Part shown: positions 14,081 through 28,600 of the stretch, piece after piece
Position numbering within the stretch: the first letter of the stretch is position 1
How the letters are laid out: every line of letters begins with the position of its first letter
DNA from: Balanoglossus misakiensis
Lineage: Eukaryota; Animalia; Hemichordata
Reading direction: 5' to 3'
DNA length: 64,000 nucleotides
Assembly: GCA_040954595.2 (NCBI GenBank)
Contig: CM082597.2
Location: 6,019,244 to 6,083,243 of the forward strand
Notes under the pieces: generated by a model
Databases searched by the model: none
Seen by the model: the letters and a program-made list of their open reading frames with translations, nothing else
Told to the model about the DNA's origin: nothing
Made by a program: the position numbers and the translations under genes

Positions 14081-14229
14081 GTGAGTACATTTGCTTTTTT
14101 TAATTGTGCATTTATTTTTCAGATGCAGATACATTATACAGCTCAACGATATTGACACTTGATTACATATGGTCATGTGTTTTTTTTTTATTTCAGACAC
14201 ACGATTTGCTACTTTGCTGGCTGAAGAGA

Positions 14230-17200
14230 ATGAAGTTCCTGGTGACCTTGGTTTTTGTCCTGTTCGTCAAGTTAGGCGCAACAGGTATGTTAATTTGGAT
14301 ATGTTCCAGAGTCATCAATTGCCCTGTGCCACATTTTGTGTACCTTCTCAAATGTTGCAAGTTACAGTATACCAACGCCTGACATGGCCATTTTAGATTT
14401 AGATGTATTTAACGATTTGTCTTGTCTGTTGGCTAATAGCGACAACATTTATCATCACCATATTGTATACATATATCCCCACAGCAACGTATTCCGAAGC
14501 TGCTGGAAATTCATGCAATCTCCTTGAGTATTAGGTCATTCTTTTCTTGTTTAATCCATAACAGCAAATTGTCCATCTGGATGGAAGGGATTTGGCAACA
14601 AGTGTTACTTCTTCAGCACCAACCCCTTGACATGGACCCAAGCAGAAGACGATTGCAGAGTTAAAGGCGGTCACCTGGCCAAAGACACGCAGGATGTACA
14701 CAGTTTCCTATCTGCAGAAGTTTCAAAGCTCGATATAAGTGAATGTAGTCCTATATGGATGTGTAATCTATACATTGGATTGATATACAGGGTAAGTGAT
14801 TGTCTATCAATGCATTCATATTGTTACAACTTGTGTTACAATGTTAACCAGAGCCAATGTGTGAATAATAGTAATGCACTTCAAAATTCAGTAAAGGTGA
14901 ATGCATATTTTTAGTTATTTCATACAAGAACCCTTTTTGCTCTGTCCATCCTGAAAAGCGAAGTGAAAATAATGATGCAGAAGGTTGAAGACGCGTCATT
15001 GGATTGTTTGTGTAAATGTAAAACTTGCAAACTAATGTATGGAATTTTCTTTCACATAGCCTGGTCAAGGTTACAAATGGTCTGATGGAACAGCTGTAGA
15101 CGAAAGCTTTATGCCCTGGCTAGCCGGTGAACCTAACGATGGAGATGTTGAAAAGTCTGTTGAAATCGAACTGAGAAGCAGTGACTACTCTGATTTTAGA
15201 TGGAACGACCGGGCACTGACCTGGAGGATACCAGAATCATGGTACATCTGTGAAAAGCCAGAGACTGTTTGTATGTATTAGACTAGTTGATTGATCATTT
15301 GGGTTGTATTATGTCAGCTAGCGCTCCAATCTTAGTCAGTTAATGATAAAGATCAAGATAGGTCAGAGCTTTTGTCTGACTGTTATTTGATGATAACACT
15401 TCCTGCTGTGACAACGCTAAAATAGATGAAACGACGGACCACACACAACTACATCGCCCCTACCATCCAAATCTATTGTAGCTATCAAAGCCTTATCGTC
15501 GCTCTTTTGTATATCTGTGATATTTCAACACTGTCAGTAATGAACATACTTTGTAATCCATTGGTGCAAATTCTCTTGACACTGTATATTTTCTACCAAC
15601 TAGGTTTGTTTCAAAGACAGGTTTGCTATATTTCATCTTATATCACCCGATATGTCTGCTAACTCTCTCAACCGAGTATAAATTAAATATGATACTTTTT
15701 TTACCAAATCACAAAATATAGCAAACTGTCAGTCGAATTGGAAGGGATTTGGCAATAAGTGCTATTACTTCAGCACCAGCCGCTTGACTTGGACTCAGGC
15801 CGAAGATTATTGCCAAGATGAAGGAGGCCACTTGGCCAAAGACACGCAGGATGTACACAGTTTCCTATCTGCAGAAGTTTCAAAGCTCGATATAAGTGCA
15901 TGTAGTCCTATATGGATGTGTAATCTGTACATTGGATTGATATACAGGGTAAGTGATTGTCTGTCAATGCATTCATATTGTTACAACTTGTGTTACAATG
16001 TTAACCAGAGCCGCTGAGTGTGAATAATAGTAATGCACTTCAAAAATCAGTAAAGCATATTTTTAGTTATTTCATACAAGAACCCTTTTGCTCTGTCCAT
16101 CTTAGAAAGGGAAATGAAAATAATGATGCAGAAGGTTGAAGATGCGTCATTGGATTGTTTGTGTAAATGTGAGACTTGCAAACTAATGTATGGAATTTTC
16201 TTTCACATAGCCTGGTCAAGGTTACAAATGGTCTGATGGAACAGCTATAGACGAAAGCTTTATGCCCTGGCTACTCGGTGAACCTAACGATGGAGATGTT
16301 GAAAAGTCTGTTGAAATCGAACTGAGAAGCAGCGACTACTCTGATTTTAGATGGAACGACCGGGCACTGACCTGGAGGGTACCAGAATCATGGTTCATCT
16401 GTGAAAAACCAAGTACGCAACCTGTCTTCTTTTGCATCTTTTGCGTAGGTTGCCTCCCGCCATTGCTGTCTTTTTCCGATCTCCAACACAGCCTACAGTC
16501 GCCGCCATCTTGTCTGTTGTTAGCACAGTATGCTACCTAATTTTGCCATTGACTGTATACAATTTTTGTAATCAGAGTCTCTGGTTGATTAATGCGCATA
16601 AGACGATCGTCTTCTCTAAACATTGTGTCAGCTGTAATATTAATTCGACGATAATGCCAAGTTCAACGTTTCAAATTGAGTTTTATTTATGAAAAATGCC
16701 CCATGTTTTTATCCTTATGATATAAAATGAAGAAAGACAGGTCAAAGGGAATGCAGAATAAATGTGGCACTGATTTCGAATAGAAACCTTTGTAATACTG
16801 AAAAAAATATTTATTTGCTTATATTATATCAGTGTGTGACGTTGGCTGGAAGCTCTTTGGAAACAAATGCTATTACTTCAGCACCAGCCCCTTGACTTGG
16901 TCTCAAGCCGAAGATTATTGTCAAGACGAAGGAGGCCACCTGGCCAAAGACACACAGGATGTACACAGTTTCCTATCTGCAGAAGTTTCAAAGCTCGATA
17001 TAAGTGAATGTAGTCCTATATGGATGTGCAACCTGTATATTGGATTGATCTACAGGGTAAGTGATAGTCTATCAGTGTGAAAAAGTTACGATTGGTCACT
17101 TTATTTGAAGGGGTTGTCTGAGTTACATATCGTGTTTTAATGTTAAGCCCTAATTGTGATCAATATTAATGCATTTGTAAACGGCGAAATTTAGTAAAAG

Positions 17201-17574
17201 GGAGAAAATATATTGGTTATTTCATACAGGAACGATTTTCGTCCTCCAGCTATAAATGTCAAAGGGAACTTACGACGCATAATGTTTAGGACATAGCCTG
17301 TGATTTATTGTAGAAATTTGCAACTTGCAAACTAAATATTAAATGTAAGGAATTTTCTTTCACATAGCCTGGTCAAGGTTATAAATGGTCTGATGGAACA
17401 GCTGTAGACGAAAGCTTTATGCCCTGGCTAGCCGGTGAACCTAACGATGGAGAAGTTGAAAAGTCTGTTGAAATCGAACTGAGAAGCGATGACTACTCTG
17501 ATTTTAGATGGAACGACCGGGCACTGACCTGGAGGGTACCAGAATCATGGTTCATCTGTGAAAAACAGGCTTAA
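14230..17574 (+). CDS. Lectin gene B: secreted protein with 3 tandem C-type lectin domains, 450 aa
   Basis: Exons 14230-14284 (MKFLVTLVFVLFVKLGAT), 14565-14791, 15060-15270, 15722-15948, 16211-16412, 16833-17056, 17368-17574 (..FICEKQA*); 1353 nt, GT-AG, in phase. EPN and WND in every domain. AATAAA at 17834-17839. Confidence 0.9.
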
Positions 17575-19336
17575 GGTGTACGACAATGAGCGGCCACTAT
17601 GCCAACATTCAACGCATTGACAGAGATTGTTATGGCTCTGTAGACTGGGATTCGCCATAAAGAACCAATTTGACAAAAATAGAGTGGATGAAAATACTGC
17701 ATGCTTAGATATAGATTATAGGTGGTGGGAGGTATTCTCAAACCACATAATCGCATCCGCAAACATTCGTTTGGTAATTACCTGCATGTTTAGAATGTTT
17801 TTTTAGTTCTCAAAGTATATGTTATAGCATAGAAATAAAATCATCTCCAGCATAACATTTGTGTCATATTGTGTGTAATAATTCTAGTCTTAAGAATTGT
17901 TGTTGGGTATTTTGAATGTATCATACCTACTAGCAGAGTTTTCCTTGATTATAACACAAGGGCTCGAAAAAGGCCAAATCACAGAAAAAATACTAATAAC
18001 TATTTGTAGAAATTGTACGCATTTGGAATAATCTGTAGGTCAGGAATACTTGGAATTTAGTGAGCACAACAATAAGACAAGCTGCAGTCAACAAGTAGCT
18101 AAGCTTTGAACCCGGTTTTATCGTCACCACAGCTCGACAACCAACGTGTGGTAAAACTTCAGCTACAATAAACTGGAAAGCGTAGTACATGTAGAGCAGA
18201 CCATGGCGACGAAAGCCGGTATTCCAGGCCGTAAGACAAGTCACAGCGCTAGAAAAATATCATACAAACAGGGTGGGAGTTGTGTGTGGTTGAACATTCA
18301 TTCACTATATATACACATGTACATTAACACAAATGGTAGCTTGTATCAAACATAATTAAATGGAAAAGAGACTTTGGACTGTGGATGAATGTGGTGGGAT
18401 TGGATGGATGGGTCTGTGGGTGTGTTTGTTGTGGATGATGGGATGCATGTATCAGTCAACACGCAGAATTTTACACGTTTTAGCAGCACAGTGCATGGTA
18501 ATTGATTTATTCATTCAATAACTAGGTGCAGGTAAACACATGATTAAAGCTTAATCAGGTAAAAAAACCATTAATGGGACAAAAAGTATCTCTTTTTGAG
18601 CATTTGTCATGAACTTTGTATATATGAAAAACTGTTCCTGTTGTTTAACAACTTGAAATGTGCCGAATTAATGGTGAACTGTACTCAATGTCCGCTAGAA
18701 CGCTTGTACGCAGACAATATTAGTCTGTACAAACCGAGTCAAATTTTGTCAATGTACTTCACTGTATAGCTGGACTTGCATAATGTTAAGTCGACATGGG
18801 GCTTGTGAAAATTGTTAGTTGTCAATAGAAACCAACTTTGGTACAAGAATTTCATTTTATCCAGACATCACACATAGAATAACAACTTTTTATACAGCAC
18901 CTGGGTGATTTCTGTCTCGTTTAGGTTATGCAATATTCCCTGCATTGTTGATATCACAAAAACGGTCAAAAACAGACACTTTGTCCTCTAAGCTTTCAAT
19001 AAAATTCTTTGTTTGCCTTATGTGAATGGCAAGCTTGTGGGTACAAGTGGCAGGACAAACTTCCTGTTAAATGGCGCTATTTGTGAACAAGGACTGAAAG
19101 AAACATTGGTGATACATTTTCGTCGCGACTGCGCCATTAAATTAGTTCGTCCCCGAAATGAGAGCATGAGCTTTGTCCTACCTTCTTGCTGCTGCAACCA
19201 AAAATCCACCAGCTGCAGCGTCACCTGAAATTCACAATTATGGCCTACTAAAATAGCTGATCATACGCGACAAAGTTTTAACTATAGTTTGCATGGAATT
19301 ACAGTGTGTTTGCCTAGGCTGGTTTATAGGTCAAAA

Positions 19337-19480
19337 TAGACTCTCTCACAGCCCACGGTTCGCTACAAGGCTCTTCACTGATGCGCCCTCAACTGTTTAG
19401 CAAAGGAGAAGCTCCTTATGGTGTTATGCCATCAGTCCATAAGCCTGCATGGACGACGAGAGGGGCTGTGAGAGAGTCTA
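19337..19480. mobile_element. Small MITE with TAG..CTA ends and a near-perfect 9-bp TSD
   Basis: tagactctctcacagccc ... gggctgtgagagagtcta, flanked by aggtcaaaa and aggtcacaa. Confidence 0.75.
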
Positions 19481-22233
19481 AGGTCACAAATGTATTTGCC
19501 TGGATGTTTGGGCAAACAAAGAATGCTTTTTAAAGGAGCACTGATTAATTACAAACTTAGAAACTACATCCAACTACATTCTAAAAAAAACAAACATAAA
19601 TCTGTTTACATTTACAAGCGTGAGAGTCACTAAAATATCTGTAGATTCCATCACAGACAAAGAGAGAGAACGAACTAGCAACGCGGCATGTCCCTTTGAT
19701 GTCTTGTCCGCCTCGGCAAACAATAGGCTTCAAATGTGTCAAATGGGTTAGACGCGGCAGAGATTTCCCAGAATACTTTGCGGTTGCGTCATTATCGACA
19801 GCTGCAGTATCTTGCCTGACACAGCTTTGCACTCGGGACTTGACTGAAACACTACCTCACGACGACCTTATCTACACGTTAGAAGTCAAATTTCCACTTA
19901 CAACCCATGCAGGTTTACAGAACACTATTCTGGGAACCGGAATTTATTCCAAAAAATTCGAGATTGACGATTAGACCTTTTCAAATTTACGATTGAACAC
20001 ACTTATTATATATTCATAATTTTTTTATTAAAATGGTCAAACTCATCTCTCCGATGCTCAAACTTCCTCAAATTTTAGCTGTCCACTCATCTTCTGTCTA
20101 CAGTTGACTGACAACAACAACACGAACTTTCACGAAAACACTTTCGTTTTATAATCAGGAAAATTCCGGACATTGCTGAACTGGATACGTTAGGAAATCT
20201 TCGGAGACAAGCTGCACCTTGTAGGCAAGCCGAGACATGCACAGGGGGATTAGGAGTTGTACTTCACAACTTTTGACAATAGCGTTGCTAGTAGTTCTTT
20301 CTCTTTGTCTGTGATTCCATGAAGGCAGATTGTGATCTGAAGGCTGCCTGTGTTTCATCATCACGTGCTCTTTCTAACAAACACCAAGTTACCTTAAAGC
20401 CACATAATTCAAATTAAATGAATCGACCTTTAACTTTGTTAATTATACGCCTGCCTCGGTCATAAGGTAAACCAGCGCAGGTTGTATGCAATATAAGGTG
20501 ACCGAAAATGGAGAAATATTTTGTTCTGACTATGCTTCAGTGGAATGCTTATACCATCTCAGCTGCAGGTCACCATGGCAAAACTGACATTATCGTCTAC
20601 TAATTCACAGTGGTGGTGTCTCAGATTTAGTACAGTTCGTTCCGAGTATACACAAAACATTTGTCTAGACTATATTTTAAAAACAATAAGTTGTAAACCA
20701 CAAAATTGAGACTTTGTGATGTGCTTGGACAAACAACCAAATGCCTTTCTAAGCTGCTACATACATATAATTCTCTTATATTTTACATTTGGTTCAAGAT
20801 TTTGAGACAAAACGTCAATGATTGTTCTAAAATCTGAAACGTTAAAAATTCTGTTTCATTAATATTGTAATGTGTCGTCCGAACACTTGTCAAAATCAGC
20901 TTTCGGCGAAAATAGATTTTTTCCCAGACTATTATCAAAGTTAGCTCAAAATAAATGTCTACTTGGTTATTTTGAACATTTTAATTCTTTCTTAATCAAG
21001 AAAAACTAATTGGAAAATTCGAGTTGGTGTTTAAAAAGTAAAATTAACGTTTACACCTAAAATACAAACTATACCAATTTATGATGAATTATTATAAGTT
21101 TGCTCTACATTGATTGTTTCTGGATATAGGCTGGTGGGGTCAATGTTCTGACTTGTTTTGGTGCATAATCAAATAAACATGCACAGATTGACAGACAGAT
21201 TTACATAGAACTAGGTTTTGGCTATGTGATTATTACTGTAAGAGCTCTAAATTGATTTGTCAACACATTCTGAACACTTGTCATTTACTGCCATTCAACA
21301 AATTGGACAGTAAACTATTGATATTTTATCATTGATTTGCATACTCTTCTGTTTTACCATATATGGATCGGCGTGAAAATAGCGTTATACAATATTTGCG
21401 CACTTTGTATACATGTAATTCATTGCTGAAAAATTAGTTTGCCAAGTTTATAATTCTGTGTGTTTAGTTATAGTAGGTACACCAGAATTTCAGGAATAGA
21501 CATCCGATTGAATGTCACTCTTGAATGTATTGAAAATAGTTTTGACACGACCCTATTCATGCGTCTACAGTATGTGTTACCTAGGCTATAACCTAAACTA
21601 TGTTTCAGATAGACGAATGACAATCATTAAACCATGCTTAATTAATTATGAACACATGGATACGATAACATTTTCTTACTATTACAAAATATAGTATTAT
21701 TATGTTTCTTCATAACTTGTATTCACTTTCAAATAATATGGCTATAATGTGATTGTGATATACATAATTCCGTAAACAGCCATGTTTCTTCGGAACCATT
21801 AGTTAGGACATAGTTACACTATGTTGTACTCTACATTGACACTTGGTCCTGTTTGAAGAAAAAACATGATGAAACATAAATTTTAATGGAGTGGTCCGTA
21901 AATAAAATTTAATCCAGTAAACGGATCCTGCTATAAATCATTGGCAAAAACACTAAATCAAACGCAAGGCTCCTATCCTGCGATAAATTTGTATCCCCCA
22001 AATAAGTAGCCATGATACTATTTACCGGACACAATGCTTTCCATGTAAAAAACGACACCAACCTAAAATCGGACTGTCGACACAGAGATCTGATGGGACG
22101 ATGAATGCCAAGATGAACTGTATAGCTCTCAAATCACAGCAAAAGAAGGCGATACAAAAGCTTGGGGTGTGTAGCGCTGACCTGCGATAACAGATCCCGT
22201 GAGGAGTACGGTGCCCAGAGGGCAACACAGCCC

Positions 22234-22582
22234 TTAAAGGGACAAAGTCTCTCTCCAGCTGCACCTTTTCCATTAATTATGTTTGATACAAGACACTGGT
22301 TATGTTAATGTGGATATATAGTGAATCAATGATCAACCACACAAAACTTCCATCCCACTTGTATGATATGAGAATAAAAACTCGCCCAAAATGAATAAAT
22401 GGTAAAGAACGATTATTCATTCTGGCGAGCTTTTTCATTCTCCTGTCTATAAGAGGGATGGAAGTTGTGTGTGGTTGAACGTTCCTTCACTATATATCCA
22501 CATGTAGAATAACAAACGGCGTCTTGTATCAAATATAATTAATGGAAAAAAGGGCAGCGAGAGAGAGACTTTGTCCCTTTAA
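22234..22582. mobile_element. TTAA MITE (Kolobok-like), copy 3
   Basis: Nearly identical to 4689-5044, TTAA on both sides. Confidence 0.85.
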
Positions 22583-22679
22583 CTCCTGTGGCCCTCTTGA
22601 ACAAATAATCTTAACAGTCAAAATGCCTTGCTGTACTTAAATAAATACAATTGCAGCATTCAAAATGAGAACTTACTAT

Positions 22680-25600
22680 CTACTTATCCGTTGGTTGATA
22701 TGTCTTCAGAATTTTCGCAATGTCAATATGACAGTTATCTATAGCCTTAAACAGTGGAGTGGAACCGTTCTGAAAAATTAACAGAAACGCATTACCTATA
22801 GTCCACTGCATTTAAAGTATGTTAAAGAAAGAAATGTGATAAGAGTAACAAAAACACTACAGCCTTCAAGCGGAAATTATGCTGAGATAAAAATGTACAC
22901 ATTTGTGCTAATCATCAAAGTTATACTACAAACTATTGTCTGACATTTTGCGTATAGACATTTTTATTACATAGTTAGTAATCACCAGAATGGGGTTTAT
23001 ACATGGACCCCTAAGATGTTTCTGAAAGTCTCCGCTTACATACTGGCATAAATTACTGTGAACTGTTTAAGTAGTCCTGAAACGCCTCAGATTTGAGACG
23101 GCTCTACCATTCAGACCTTAGCTGGTTTAAGGATTTACACTTCTCCCCAACCCATTTTCTATGGGGCTGAGCCTCAGTGCCTATACATAAATTTTGTGCA
23201 TGTGGACACGTGACTCAAAGGATTAATGCCCCATGTTTACCAAATGCAAGTACTCTTCTGAAACTTTTCAAATTTTACCCTGCATGAACCTGGTATAGTT
23301 ATAAACAAATTAAAACTATTCGTGCAAAAATTATGATCTGTCTGGCATAGCAATGTTGAATACATTACCAGGCGGTCGATTTGTTTACATTTACATCTAC
23401 AAAATTTTCTCTTACCTTATCAAGCATGCATCTGTTTGCACCAGCATCAAGTAGATCTTGAACTACACCAGAAAAACCTTCTTTAGCTGCAATATGCAAT
23501 GCCGTCACACCCTAGCAATATGAGACAAATGTCGGCATCATTTCTGGATGTATAATTTTAGTATAGTTTGAGGAGAAAGCAGTAATAATTGGGAATTTGG
23601 TAGAAAATACAAAATTAATATCATGTATTTGATCACGACCACTGGGCGATTGCTAAATTTATTACATTCACGCGTTGTCAATTGTAAACACAGTACTGTA
23701 TATCGCTTGGCAAGCCTTAGTAATGATAAGCAAAATTATGCTTTAGATATAAGCGGTATGTTTCCATTTTTCGAACTTGTATGGGGGTCACACATGCACC
23801 ATTGAGATGGTTCTGAAGTGTCTCAATGAAATACTGGCATAAATTACTATGTGTGAATGGTTTAAGTGGTCCTGAAACGTCTCAGCTTCGCCAGCCAGAC
23901 CTGGGTAACCCAATTTCAGAAAAGTCTCTGATTTGAAACGGCTTTGCCGGCCAGACCTGAGCTGGTGTAAGAATTAACACCTCTCCGTAACCCATTGTCT
24001 ATGGGACTGAGCCTCAGCGCCTATACATAAACTTTGTGTGAGTGGACACAAGCGACTGAAAGGATTAATGCTCTGTGATTACCATAGACAAATAGTGTCT
24101 CAAAATTTACCTTCTTTGTATTTTTGTCTTCATCTGCAATTGCATTTACGTCAGCTTTTGCTTGGATGAGAAGCTGCAGTGTGTCTCTCGCATCGGCCAT
24201 TGTCGCTTTGTGTAAGGCTGTGTAACCGGTCTGTTAAACGATAATAAATGAAAACGTCTTGATTAAATAGAAGTTTGCTAAGATTGAATAATGATAACGT
24301 CAGGAGTATGTGCATGTCCAAACAAATCAGTCAAATTTGTGGGCGTGATTATTGCATGTGATGGCAGATCATGAATAGGAAAGTAACACGATTGGAACTA
24401 TTTTTGAATACTGGTAGTTGCATACTGATAAAATGCGTACTGGTTGTACTTGGGGAGAATGGGGTATTTGTGTCATTGTTTGACCAATACAAAACAAAAT
24501 ATGTTGAGTATGTAGGCTACATGTATTGTGCAAAGAGTTTTACTGAGTTTATTACCATGCAAAATAGTCAAAATAGTTCCAATTGTGTTAAGTTCTTCTC
24601 ATATCAGACTAGGAAGTTTGGCGTATCATAAAATGCATCAGTGAGAATAAAATAGTGCCTTCATAACATCGTCATTTAATGCTTGTGATATCTTTGTCCT
24701 GCCTCGTAGTAGTATATGCCAGTGCACTACACGGCTAAGATCTTTTTTTCTTAAATGAAATTGCTCGACTAGTCGGACAGTCGCCCCAAAAAACTGTAAA
24801 TGTGTACGTACTTTGTCACAGGCTTTGACATCTGCTCCGTGTTCAAGGAGAAGCTTCACAATTTCTGTGTTGTTTTGGCGAGCAGCAAGATGGATAGGCC
24901 TGATATTGTCCTGTGCGATGAAGAAAAAAATGTGTCAAGGACATCGTGCATGCTCGCACTTGTCATATATATTTGAACATTTGTCGGTGCAATATATTTT
25001 ACCAGTCATGCATCATTGCAATAAAACCAAATGCATCATTAATAATTATCAAGGTTTTGGAGTAGACATCAATCATCAATACACATTCCCAACCATCCAC
25101 ACCGGCATTTACTGGTACATACAAACATGAATATATGTTTACATACATCCATACATGTTCTTTGTAATAAGGGAGGAACCCCTACTGAGATTTGTCAACA
25201 CAGCAAATTCCTTCTTGTTTACCTAACTGGCTAATTGTTAAAGAGACCAGCTGTTCTATTTGAAGTATGTAAAGTACACATGCCAGCTAATGGGTCAGTC
25301 AGTGTTTGTCGGTTGATCTCTCTATGTGTGTCTGTCTGTCTGTCTGTCTGTATATGTATCCCGGTGTAGACTTTTTCTTGTGTAATCCCTAAATGGGACC
25401 ACCCTGTCCTTGATGCAATGTTTCACTCAATATATTTGGTACGAAACATGTCTTCATTTGAATAGGGAAATGTAGACACAAGTAGTTTCCAGTCTACTGT
25501 GGACAGGAAAACCTAACCTAACATAAACTGGTAAACTGCGCGCATCCGTATTTCCCCCATAGGATTACATTGATAATAGCTAGAAAACTTCTACTTGTCA

Positions 25601-28600
25601 ATTTTAACAAAATTGTACACATAGCTCAGTCAAGTAAATATAAATTCATTGGTCAAATAAAGGGTTCAACGCGCTCTATTTTGAGATAAATTGAATTAAA
25701 AATTTTGCTCATAGACAAACCATTGGTGAAAAAATGCTGAGTCAGCAGTTTTCTTCTATTATCGACTAAATTCATGGCTCTGCATTTCATAAACAAGTGC
25801 GGTGACCCCTATATTTTATTACGGATTTTCATTATACATACAAAGGAGAATAAAAAAATCCACAATTAAAAAAAAATGACAATACTTTCAATTTTACCGA
25901 ACGTATATCCTTAATGACAAAATGCACATGTCCCTATTCAAGTGACAACCATGTAAAACAATATTCAATGATACACTCATACACAGTGTGCATCAATGCT
26001 TGAACACATATTCAATGCTTTTAGTTTTAAACTTTATTCATGAACAGGACATACAAAAGTCCAACAACGTCCACTGCAAAATCGTTGTTAACATAAACAA
26101 AATTTTGACAGGAACATGAATTACTGGGAGTTACCAATTCAAAAGTAGAAATAACACCTCTTTTTGATCATATAACGTCTGGTTAATTAATGGATTATTA
26201 CTAAAGCCATTATACCTGGACATGCCATACATCAAAATACAATTACACTTAGTAGTACATGTAAATATAAGTATTTTATGTACAATACCTTATCGGGAGC
26301 TTCAATATCTGCTTTAGCAGCAATTAACAAGTCTACGAGCTCGAGGTTATTTGATTGAGCAGCGACTTGTAACACCGTATGTCTGTCCTGTGGGAAATAG
26401 GAATATAATAATAATTAAATAAAGAATTATAATTAAATAAATAATTATATAAAAATAATAATTATAATAATAGTTTGTTCTCATAATAACAATAATCAAA
26501 CAAACATAGTGAAAGTGGAAAAAAAATAACTGTTTGATTTACCATGAGAAAAGGACTAAAAAATAGTTGCCATAGGCACTAATCAAGTTCAGTCCCACTC
26601 AAGTGATGAAGTTTTACAGTTTGTAAAAAATGGCGACTATTCCGACAGAAATTTTAAAAGGTTACAGTACCAGGTACAAAGTATAAGGAAAGAAAAAGAA
26701 AATACATTAAGAGACAACAAAACTACATCTCCAATAAATAATTTTTAAGCTCTCGTTTGAAACGATTTCTGAAAGGGATTTGTTTAAGATCCTCAGGAAT
26801 ACTGTTCCATACCTCAGAACCAACAAATTTGATAGAAGTTTGGCCCAAATTGCTACAGAATTTAGGGGGTAGAATAATATTTTTGTCTTTAGACCGAGTA
26901 CTGTAGGTATGATCAATTTGGGAAAAATATGTTTTGAAATTCATGGGAAGTTTATCATGTAGAACATCGTAAATAAAGATGGCAACCTGAAGCTTATAGC
27001 TTATCTGATAAATATGACTTGTAAGTAGATCCCCACATCTCTAAACCAAAAGAGATGTGAGGTAAAACAAAGGCATTGTACAACATTAAAAGTACTGTTT
27101 GCGAAACCATACACCTCAGTTTATAAAAAATTCCTGTTAGTGTACAAATCTTATTTTTCAATTCCATGATATGTTGTTTCCAATGCAACTGGTTGTCCAT
27201 TTTGATTCCAACAAATGAGGTACAATCTACTTCTTTTAATACAGTATCTTTTTAATAAAGTAAACCTTCAATTTCACAAGACCTTCTTTTACTGCCTATT
27301 ATCATATAGACTGTTTTAGCAGCATTAATAGTTAGTTTTGTTACAGTCACAACAATTTGTCACCTTCTGGAATTCTAAATTAACGTCGTTGAGAGAAAAT
27401 GTATTTAAATTCTTGTGGATGGAGTGAAACAGGTTAGGGTCATCTGCATAGAGTATAAATTTAAAAAAATCAGTACAATTCGGTAAGTCATTGATGTATA
27501 TTAAGTATTGAGCCCTGCGGCACACCACACTTAATCTCATGTTTCTGTGATTCATTGATGTCAATTGTGACATACTGGCTTCTTGAATTCAAATAGCTTT
27601 TGAACCATAACAAAGGCAAACCCCTAACACCGTAGTATTCTAATTTAGAAAACAAAATGGCATGGTTAACCGCATAAAAGGCTTTAGAAAAATCTATGAA
27701 TAAGCCAAGAGATGAGTTACCATTATCAATGTCATCAAGCAAACATTGAGTGAGACTTAGTAAGGAAATTTTACAACTGTGTTTTTCCTAATTCCATATT
27801 GGTGTTCACATAAAATGTTAACATTATCTAGGAAATTTACAATACGTGAATTTACAATTTTTTCTTAAATTTTACTCAGTACTGGCAATATGGAAATTGG
27901 TCTGTAATTACCAATATAATTAACATTTCCTTTTTTGTATAATGGCAGTACACGTGCAACCTTCATGAGGTTAGGAAATTGACCAAGGGTGAAAGAAAGG
28001 TTAAATATATATCAAAGTGGAATGCAGATGTATGTATTGGCTGCTTTTACAAGTCGACACAGAATATTGTCCCAACCGGTTGCCTTGCGAATGTCTAGGC
28101 TAAAAATTAAATTCTCAATTTCCTTTAAAGTTACTGGCTGAAGAAAAAAGGAATTGCAAGTACTGTTTTGCAGAAAAGTATCCAAAGTAAAATTGCTTTG
28201 AGGAGAAAATAGATTGACTAAATTTTCACCTATGTTAACAAAGTAAGTGTTGAGATCTTCCACAATGTCATTGATGTCTGAATGAACCTCTTTAGTACCC
28301 ATACAATCCACTTCCAAATGGTCTGGAAGTGTCATTTTTTATGTTTAGCTTTGCCAATTAAATTGTTAATAACTTCCCATGTTTCTTTCATTTTTCCATT
28401 ATTTTCTGAAAATACTATTAAATTCTTTTTACCAGCAACAAACGGCAAACTGGCAACATCGTATTTCTTTCATGCCAGCAACGCGTTATCTCTAAAATTG
28501 TAACAATGTCACAATTTAATAGACAAAGAGGCGTCCCCCATCCCAATTGCGCAGTTGAAGTACGTGTGTGTTGAGAGAGACGTATCGACTCGAACACTGA

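Larger units (their letters stand above)
9303..14126. repeat. Inverted duplication of the upstream/promoter region (arms ~9303-10631 and ~12795-14126)
   Basis: Arms are reverse-complementary along ~1.3 kb, e.g. tgtaaatagtttgatatgcgtcacatgc at 12795 matches the reverse complement of ~10604-10631. Confidence 0.9.

Noticed and set aside
14081-14122. 42-nt mini-intron ending tttttcag|ATG in gene B
   Set aside because: Too short for typical splicing, and the sequence after it is not conserved in gene A; the acceptor at 14196 leads to the signal peptide.
19000-20400. Possible decayed gene fragments on minus
   Set aside because: Protein-like patches are interrupted by stops and I could not assign a family or exon chain.
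22170-22600. HDV-like ribozyme on minus (tcctcacg loop) around the MITE insertion
   Set aside because: P3 is mismatched and I could not identify P1 or P1.1 partners.
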